A program made the translations under genes and the position numbers. From Auanema rhodensis (lineage: Eukaryota; Animalia; Nematoda), in assembly GCA_964057225.1 (NCBI GenBank), contig OZ059900.1:7564001-7628000 (forward strand): a stretch of 64,000 nucleotides of DNA. Reading direction: 5' to 3'. Numbering within the stretch: position 1 is the stretch's first letter; each line of letters opens with the position of its first letter. Below the pieces are notes generated by a model. It saw only the letters and a list, made by a program, of their open reading frames with translations, did no database searches and was not told the origin of the DNA. Positions 54,921 to 64,000 of this stretch are shown piece after piece.

Positions 54921-57900
54921 TTGACTATTTTTACATATATATGTTCAATTTTAACCACTTTGGTCAAAAAGGACCGAAAATATCAAGAATTATTGGTTTT
55001 TTGGGGTTTGAAGGGCATTTTGGCTAAATCAGTCAAACTTTTGATCTTAAGCATATTTTTTTCTTCTAAAACGACTAAATGTATGAAATACTGTCATAGA
55101 ATGTTCATATAGGTGTATTTTGCACGAATATCAAAACTGATTGAAATATGGGCCTTTTTATGCTCAAAACGCCATATATTCAACGATTTTGGGTACAAAA
55201 CATGTGAAAACGGTATGTTTTGATCAGACCCTTTGAGATATGGATTTGAAATTCAGGATTCATAAACTTTGACTATTTTTACATATATATGTCCAATTTT
55301 AACCACTTTGGTCAAAAAGGACCGAAAATATCAAGAATTATTGGTTTTTTGGGGATTGAAGGGCATTTTGGCAAAATCAGTCAAACTTTTGATCTTAAGC
55401 ATATTTTTTTCTTCTAAAACGACTAAATGTATGAAATACTGTCATAGAATGTTCATATAGGTGTATTTTGCACGAATATCAAAACTGATTGAAATATGGG
55501 CCTTTTTATGCTCAAAACGCCATATATTCAACGATTTTGGGTACAAAACATGTGAAAACTGTATGTTTTGATCAGACCCTTTGAGATATGGATTTGAAAT
55601 TCAGGATTCATAAACTTTGACTATTTTTACATATATATGTTCAATTTTAACCACTTTGGTCAAAAAGGACCGAAAATATCAAGAATTATTGGTTTTTTGG
55701 GGTTTGAAGGGCATTTTGGCTAAATCAGTCAAACTTTTGATCTTAAGCATATTTTTTTCTTCTAAAACGACTAAATGTATGAAATACTGTCATAGAATGT
55801 TCATATAGGTGTATTTTGCACGAATATCAAAACTGATTGAAATATGGGCCTTTTTATGCTCAAAACGCCATATATTCAACGATTTTGGGTACAAAACATG
55901 TGAAAACGGTATGTTTTGATCAGACCCTTTGAGATATGGATTTGAAATTCAGGATTCATAAACTTTGACTATTTTTACATATATATGTCCAATTTCAACC
56001 ACTTTGGTCAAAAAGGACCGAAAATATCAAGAATTATTGGTTTTTTGGGGATTGAAGGGCATTTTGGCAAAATCAGTCAAACTTTTGATCTTAAGCATAT
56101 TTTTTTCTTCTAAAACGACTAAATGTATGAAATACTGTCATAGAATGTTCATATAGGTGTATTTTGCACGAATATCAAAACTGATTGAAATATGGGCCTT
56201 TTTATGCTCAAAACGCCATATATTCAACGATTTTGGGTACAAAACATGTGAAAACTGTATGTTTTGATCAGACCCTTTGAGATATGGATTTGAAATTCAG
56301 GATTCATAAACTTTGACTATTTTTACATATATATGTTCAATTTTAACCACTTTGGTCAAGAAGGACCGAAAATATCAAAAATTATTGGTTTTTTGGGGTT
56401 TGAAGGGCATTTTGGCAAAATCAGTCAAACTTTTGATCTTAAGCATATTTTTTTCTTCTAAAACGACTAAATGTATGAAATACTGTCAAAGAATGTTCAT
56501 ATAGGTGTATTTTGCACGAACATCAAAACTGATTGAAATATGGGCCTTTTTATGCTCAAAACGCCATATATTCAACGATTTTGGGTACAAAACATGTGAA
56601 AACTGTATGTTTTGATCAGACCCTTTGAGATATGGATTTGAAATTCAGGATTCATAAACTTTGACTATTTTTACATATATATGTCCAATTTTAACCACTT
56701 TGGTCAAAAAGGACCGAAAATATCAAGAATTATTGGTTTTTTGGGGTTTGAAGGGCATTTTGGCAAAATCAGTCAAACTTTTGATCTTAAGCATATTTTT
56801 TTCTTCTAAAACGACTAAATGTATGAAATACTGTCAAAGAATGTTCATATAGGTGTATTTTGCACGAATATCAAAACTGATTGAAATATGGGCCTTTTTA
56901 TGCTCAAAACGCCATATATTCAACGATTTTGGGTACAAAACATGTGAAAACTGTATGTTTTGATCAGACCCTTTGAGATATGGATTTGAAATTCAGGATT
57001 CATAAACTTTGACTATTTTTACATATATATGTTCAATTTCAACCACTTTGGTCAAAAAGGACCGAAAATATCAAGAATTATTGGTTTTTTGGGGTTTGAA
57101 GGGCATTTTGGCTAAATCAGTCAAACTTTTGATCTTAAGCATATTTTTTTCTTCTAAAACGACTAAATGTATGAAATACTGTCATAGAATGTTCATATAG
57201 GTTTATTTTGCACGAATATCAAAACTGATTGAAATATGGGCTTTTTTATGCTCAAAACGCCATATATTCAACGATTTTGGGTACAAAACATGTGAAAACT
57301 GTATGTTTTGATCAGACCCTTTGAGATATGGATTTGAAATTCAGGATTCATAAACTTCGACTATTTCTACATATATATGTCCAATTTTAACCACTTTGGT
57401 CAAAAAGGACCGAAAATATCAAGAATTATTGGTTTTTTGGGGTTTGAAGGGCATTTTGGCTAAATCAGTCAAACTTTTGATCTTAAGCATATTTTTTTCT
57501 TCTAAAACGACTAAATGTATGAAATACTGTCATAGAATGTTCATATAGGTGTATTTTGCACGAATATCAAAACTGATTGAAATATGGGCCTTTTTATGCT
57601 CAAAACGCCATATATTCAACGATTTTGGGTACAAAACATGTGAAAACTGTATGTTTTGATCAGACCCTTTGAGATATGGATTTGAAATTCAGGATTCATA
57701 AACTTTGACTATTTTTACATATATATGTCCAATTTTAACCACTTTGGTCAAAAAGGACCGAAAATATCAAGAATTATTGGTTTTTTGGGGTTTGAAGGGC
57801 ATTTTGGCAAAATCAGTCAAACTTTTGATCTTAAGCATATTTTTTTCTTCTAAAACGACTAAATGTATGAAATACTGTCATAGAATGTTCATATAGGTGT

Positions 57901-58052
57901 ATTTTGCACGAATATCAAAACTGATTGAAATATGGGCCTTTTTATGTTCAAAACGCCATATATTCAACGATTTTGGGTACAAAACATGTGAAAACTGTAT
58001 GTTTTGATCAGACCCTTTGAGATATGGATTTGAAATTCAGGATTCATAAACT

Positions 58053-60836
58053 TTGACTATTTTTACTAATATATGTCCAATTTTAACCACTTTGGTCAAA
58101 AAGGACCGAAAATATCAAGAATTATTGGTTTTTTGGGGATTGAAGGGCATTTTGGCAAAATCAGTCAAACTTTTGATCTTAAGCATATTTTTTTCTTCTA
58201 AAACGACTAAATGTATGAAATACTGTCATAGAATGTTCATATAGGTGTATTTTGCACGAATATCAAAACTGATTGAAATATGGGCCTTTTTATGCTCAAA
58301 ACGCCATATATTCAACGATTTTGGGTACAAAACATGTGAAAACTGTATGTTTTGATCAGACCCTTTGAGATATGGATTTGAAATTCAGGATTCATAAACT
58401 TTGACTATTTTTACATATATATGTTCAATTTTAACCACTTTGGTCAAAAAGGACCGAAAATATCAAGAATTATTGGTTTTTTGGGGTTTGAAGGGCATTT
58501 TGGCTAAATCAGTCAAACTTTTGATCTTAAGCATATTTTTTTCTTCTAAAACGACTAAATGTATGAAATACTGTCATAGAATGTTCATATAGGTGTATTT
58601 TGCACGAATATCAAAACTGATTGAAATATGGGCCTTTTTATGCTCAAAACGCCATATATTCAACGATTTTGGGTACAAAACATGTGAAAACTGTATGTTT
58701 TGATCAGACCCTTTGAGATATGGATTTGAAATTCAGGATTCATAAACTTTGACTATTTTTACATATATATGTCCAATTTTAACCACTTTGGTCAAAAAGG
58801 ACCGAAAATATCAAGAATTATTGGTTTTTTGGGGATTGAAGGGCATTTTGGCAAAATCAGTCAAACTTTTGATCTTAAGCATATTTTTTTCTTCTAAAAC
58901 GACTAAATGTATGAAATACTGTCATAGAATGTTCATATAGGTGTATTTTGCACGAATATCAAAACTGATTGAAATATGGGCCTTTTTATGCTCAAAACGC
59001 CATATATTCAACGATTTTGGGTACAAAACATGTGAAAACTGTATGTTTTGATCAGACCCTTTGAGATATGGATTTGAAATTCAGGATTCATAAACTTTGA
59101 CTATTTTTACATATATATGTTCAATTTTAACCACTTTGGTCAAAAAGGACCGAAAATATCAAGAATTATTGGTTCTTTGGGGTTTGAAGGGCATTTTGGC
59201 TAAATCAGTCAAACTTTTGATCTTAAGCATATTTTTTTCTTCTAAAACGACTAAATGTATGAAATACTGTCATAGAATGTTCATATAGGTGTATTTTGCA
59301 CGAATATCAAAACTGATTGAAATATGGGCCTTTTTATGCTCAAAACGCCATATATTCAACGATTTTGGGTACAAAACATGTGAAAACTGTATGTTTTGAT
59401 CAGACCCTTTGAGATATGGATTTGAAATTCAGGATTCATAAACTTTGACTATTTTTACTAATATATGTCCAATTTTAACCACTTTGGTCAAAAAGGACCG
59501 AAAATATCAAGAATTATTGGTTTTTTGGGGATTGAAGGGCATTTTGGCAAAATCAGTCAAACTTTTGATCTTAAGCATATTTTTTTCTTCTAAAACGACT
59601 AAATGTATGAAATACTGTCATAGAATGTTCATATAGGTGTATTTTGCACGAATATCAAAACTGATTGAAATATGGGCCTTTTTATGCTCAAAACGCCATA
59701 TATTCAACGATTTTGGGTACAAAACATGTGAAAACTGTATGTTTTGATCAGACCCTTTGAGATATGGATTTGAAATTCAGGATTCATAAACTTTGACTAT
59801 TTTTACATATATATGTTCAATTTTAACCACTTTGGTCAAAAAGGACCGAAAATATCAAGAATTATTGGTTTTTTGGGGTTTGAAGGGCATTTTGGCTAAA
59901 TCAGTCAAACTTTTGATCTTAAGCATATTTTTTTCTTCTAAAACGACTAAATGTATGAAATACTGTCATAGAATGTTCATATAGGTGTATTTTGCACGAA
60001 TATCAAAACTGATTGAAATATGGGCCTTTTTATGCTCAAAACGCCATATATTCAACGATTTTGGGTACAAAACATGTGAAAACTGTATGTTTTGATCAGA
60101 CCCTTTGAGATATGGATTTGAAATTCAGGATTCATAAACTTTGACTATTTTTACATATATATGTCCAATTTTAACCACTTTGGTCAAAAAGGACCGAAAA
60201 TATCAAGAATTATTGGTTTTTTGGGGATTGAAGGGCATTTTGGCAAAATCAGTCAAACTTTTGATCTTAAGCATATTTTTTTCTTCTAAAACGACTAAAT
60301 GTATGAAATACTGTCATAGAATGTTCATATAGGTGTATTTTGCACGAATATCAAAACTGATTGAAATATGGGCCTTTTTATGCTCAAAACGCCATATATT
60401 CAACGATTTTGGGTACAAAACATGTGAAAACTGTATGTTTTGATCAGACCCTTTGAGATATGGATTTGAAATTCAGGATTCATAAACTTTGACTATTTTT
60501 ACATATATATGTTCAATTTTAACCACTTTGGTCAAAAAGGACCGAAAATATCAAGAATTATTGGTTCTTTGGGGTTTGAAGGGCATTTTGGCTAAATCAG
60601 TCAAACTTTTGATCTTAAGCATATTTTTTTCTTCTAAAACGACTAAATGTATGAAATACTGTCATAGAATGTTCATATAGGTGTATTTTGCACGAATATC
60701 AAAACTGATTGAAATATGGGCCTTTTTATGCTCAAAACGCCATATATTCAACGATTTTGGGTACAAAACATGTGAAAACGGTATGTTTTGATCAGACCCT
60801 TTGAGATATGGATTTGAAATTCAGGATTCATAAACT
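58053..60836. repeat. Tandem duplication of a 4-mer (1392 bp) built from an alternating dimer
   Basis: Private TACTAAT is in monomers 58053 and 59445, and private GGTTCTTTGG is in 59097 and 60489. Both offsets are 1392. Confidence 0.9.
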
Positions 60837-63800
60837 TTGACTATTTTTACATATATATGTCCAATTTTAACCACTTTGGTCAAAAAGGACCGAAAATATC
60901 AAGAATTATTGGTTTTTTGGGGATTGAAGGGCATTTTGGCAAAATCAGTCAAACTTTTGATCTTAAGCATATTTTTTTCTTCTAAAACGACTAAATGTAT
61001 GAAATACTGTCATAGAATGTTCATATAGGTGTATTTTGCACGAATATCAAAACTGATTGAAATATGGGCCTTTTTATGCTCAAAACGCCATATATTCAAC
61101 GATTTTGGGTACAAAACATGTGAAAACTGTATGTTTTGATCAGACCCTTTGAGATATGGATTTGGAATTCAGGATTCATAAACTTTGACTATTTTTACAT
61201 ATATATATTCAATTTTAACCACTTTGGTCAAAAAGGACCGAAAATATCAAGAATTATTGGTTTTTTGGGGTTTGAAGGGCATTTTGGCAAAATCAGTCAA
61301 ACTTTTGATCTTAAGCATATTTTTTTCTTCTAAAACGACTAAATGTATGAAATATTGTCATAGATTGTTCATATAGGTGTATTTTGCACGAATATCAAAA
61401 CTGATTGAAATATGGGCCTTTTTATGCTCCAAACGCCATATATTCAACGATTTTGGGTACAAAACATGTGAAAACTGTATGTTTTGATCAGACCCTTTGA
61501 GATATGGATTTGAAATTCAGGATTCATAAACTTTGACTATTTTTACATATATATGTTCAATTTTAACCACTTTGGTCAAAAAGGACCGAAAATATCAAGA
61601 ATTATTGGTTTTTTGGGGTTTGAAGGGCATTTTGGCTAAATCAGTCAAACTTTTGATCTTAAGCATATTTTTTTCTTCTAAAACGACTAAATGTATGAAA
61701 TACTGTCATAGAATGTTCATATAGGTGTATTTTGCACGAATATCAAAACTGATTGAAATATGGGCCTTTTTATGCTCAAAACGCCATATATTCAACGATT
61801 TTGGGTACAAAACATGTGAAAACGGTATGTTTTGATCAGACCCTTTGAGATATGGATTTGAAATTCAGGATTCATAAACTGTGACTATTTTTACATATAT
61901 ATGTTCAATTTTAACCACTTTGGTCAAAAAGGACCGAAAATATCAAGAATTATTGGTTTTTTGGGGATTGAAGGGCATTTTGGCAAAATCAGTCAAACTT
62001 TTGATCTTAAGCATATTTTTTTCTTCTAAAACGACTAAATGTATGAAATACTGTCATAGAATGTTCATATAGGTGTATTTTGCACGAATATCAAAACTGA
62101 TTGAAATATGGGCCTTTTTATGCTCAAAACGCCATATATTCAACGATTTTGGGTACAAAACATGTGAAAACTGTATGTTTTGATCAGACCCTTTGAGATA
62201 TGGATTTGAAATTCAGGATTCATAAACTTTGACTATTTTTACATATATATGTTCAATTTTAACCACTTTGGTCAAAAAGGACCGAAAATATCAAGAATTA
62301 TTGGTTTTTTGGGGTTTGAAGGGCATTTTGGCTAAATCAGTCAAACTTTTGATCTTAAGCATATTTTTTTCTTCTAAAACGACTAAATGTATGAAATACT
62401 GTCATAGAATGTTCATATAGGTGTATTTTGCACGAATATCAAAACTGATTGAAATATGGGCCTTTTTATGCTCAAAACGCCATATATTCAACGATTTTGG
62501 GTACAAAACATGTGAAAACGGTATGTTTTGATCAGACCCTTTGAGATATGGATTTGAAATTCAGGATTCATAAACTTTGACTATTTTTACATATATATGT
62601 CCAATTTTAACCACTTTGGTCAAAAAGGACCGAAAATATCAAGAATTATTGGTTTTTTGGGGATTGAAGGGCATTTTGGCAAAATCAGTCAAACTTTTGA
62701 TCTTAAGCATATTTTTTTCTTCTAAAACGACTAAATGTATGAAATACTGTCATAGAATGTTCATATAGGTGTATTTTGCACGAATATCAAAACTGATTGA
62801 AATATGGGCCTTTTTATGCTCAAAACGCCATATATTCAACGATTTTGGGTACAAAACATGTGAAAACTGTATGTTTTGATCAGACCCTTTGAGATATGGA
62901 TTTGAAATTCAGGATTCATAAACTTTGACTATTTTTACATATATATGTTCAATTTTAACCACTTTGGTCAAGAAGGACCGAAAATATCAAGAATTATTGG
63001 TTTTTTGGGGTTTGAAGGGCATTTTGGCAAAATCAGTCAAACTTTTGATCTTAAGCATATTTTTTTCTTCTAAAACGACTAAATGTATGAAATACTGTCA
63101 TAGAATGTTCATATAGGTGTATTTTGCACGAATATCAAAACTGATTGAAATATGGGCCTTTTTATGCTCAAAACGCCATATATTCAACGATTTTGGGTAC
63201 AAAACATGTGAAAACTGTATGTTTTGATCAGACCCTTTGAGATATGGATTTGAAATTCAGGATTCATAAACTTTGACTATTTCTACATATATATGTCCAA
63301 TTTTAACCACTTTGGTCAAAAAGGCCCGAAAATATCAAGAATTATTGGTTTTTTGGGGTTTGAAGGGCATTTTGGCAAAATCAGTCAAACTTTTGATCTT
63401 AAGCATATTTTTTTCTTCTAAAACGACTAAATGTATGAAATACTGTCAAAGAATGTTCATATAGGTGTATTTTGCACGAACATCAAAACTGATTGAAATA
63501 TGGGCCTTTTTATGCTCAAAACGCCATATATTCAACGATTTTGGGTACAAAACATGTGAAAACTGTATGTTTTGATCAGACCCTTTGAGATATGGATTTG
63601 AAATTCAGGATTCATAAACTTTGACTATTTCTACATATATATGTCCAATTTTAACCACTTTGGTCAAAAAGGCCCGAAAATATCAAGAATTATTGGTTTT
63701 TTGGGGTTTGAAGGGCATTTTGGCAAAATCAGTCAAACTTTTGATCTTAAGCATATTTTTTTCTTCTAAAACGACTAAATGTATGAAATACTGTCAAAGA

Positions 63801-64000
63801 ATGTTCATATAGGTGTATTTTGCACAAATATCAAAACTGATTGAAATATGGGCCTTTTTATGCTCAAAACGCCATATATTCAACGATTTTGGGTACAAAA
63901 CATGTGAAAACTGTATGTTTTGATCAGACCCTTTGAGATATGGATTTGAAATTCAGGATTCATAAACTTTGACTATTTTTACATATATATGTCCAATTTT

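Larger units (their letters stand above)
1..64000. repeat. Tandem satellite DNA array, 348-bp monomer, ~184 head-to-tail copies, running off both window ends
   Basis: CAAGAATTATTGG at 1 recurs at 349, 1741, 3481 and 5221. ORF-track starts are spaced by exact multiples of 348 (286 to 4810 = 13x348; 6201 to 63621 = 165x348). No non-repeat sequence was seen. Confidence 0.99.

Noticed and set aside
286-63812. Repeated 63-75 aa ORFs (MTIFTYIC..., MIRPFEIW..., MRYGFK...) as a multicopy gene family
   Set aside because: They start at TTG (or similar non-ATG codons) and recur only because 348 is divisible by 3. Starts come and go with single SNPs, many variants are nonsynonymous, and nonsense alleles exist (TAG at ~18462, TAA at ~45942). 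I recognise no domain.
1-64000. CRISPR array or other repeat-spacer system
   Set aside because: There are no unique spacers, the entire unit is repeated, and no cas-like ORFs are present.
1-64000. Embedded transposon, inversion or single fixed-period HOR
   Set aside because: The 348-bp phase is unbroken apart from 1 bp and the orientation never changes. HOR periods vary locally (2, 3, 4, 7, 19-20 monomers).

Overview
The whole 64 kb window is one uninterrupted head-to-tail tandem array of an AT-rich 348-bp satellite monomer. GC is about 30% (105/348 counted in the first copy) and there are about 184 copies, all in one orientation, each differing from consensus by only a few substitutions. 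I see no transposon insertion, inversion, gene or unique sequence. The many near-identical 63-97 aa ORFs are artefacts of the repeat, whose length is divisible by 3. The array looks like eukaryotic centromeric/pericentromeric or other heterochromatic satellite DNA (inference); I cannot name the family or species. I found no protein- or RNA-based novel system. The interesting signal is structural: (1) the 348-mer appears to be an old heterodimer of two diverged ~174-bp subunits; (2) A/T tracts are phased at ~10.6 bp and the monomer is ~33 helical turns; (3) monomer length is almost absolutely conserved, with one net 1-bp deletion in 64 kb; (4) shared SNPs reveal nested local higher-order repeats (2-, 3-, 4-, 7- and 20-mers), including a recent ~7-kb tandem duplication whose junction maps to ~90 bp; (5) there are two variant domains, with rare haplotypes shared over 16-51 kb. 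All alignments and counts were done by eye. 'Monomer position n' uses window 1-348 as reference. Block boundaries are given in the phase of the ORF-track TTG (monomer position 286) and are approximate to within one monomer.
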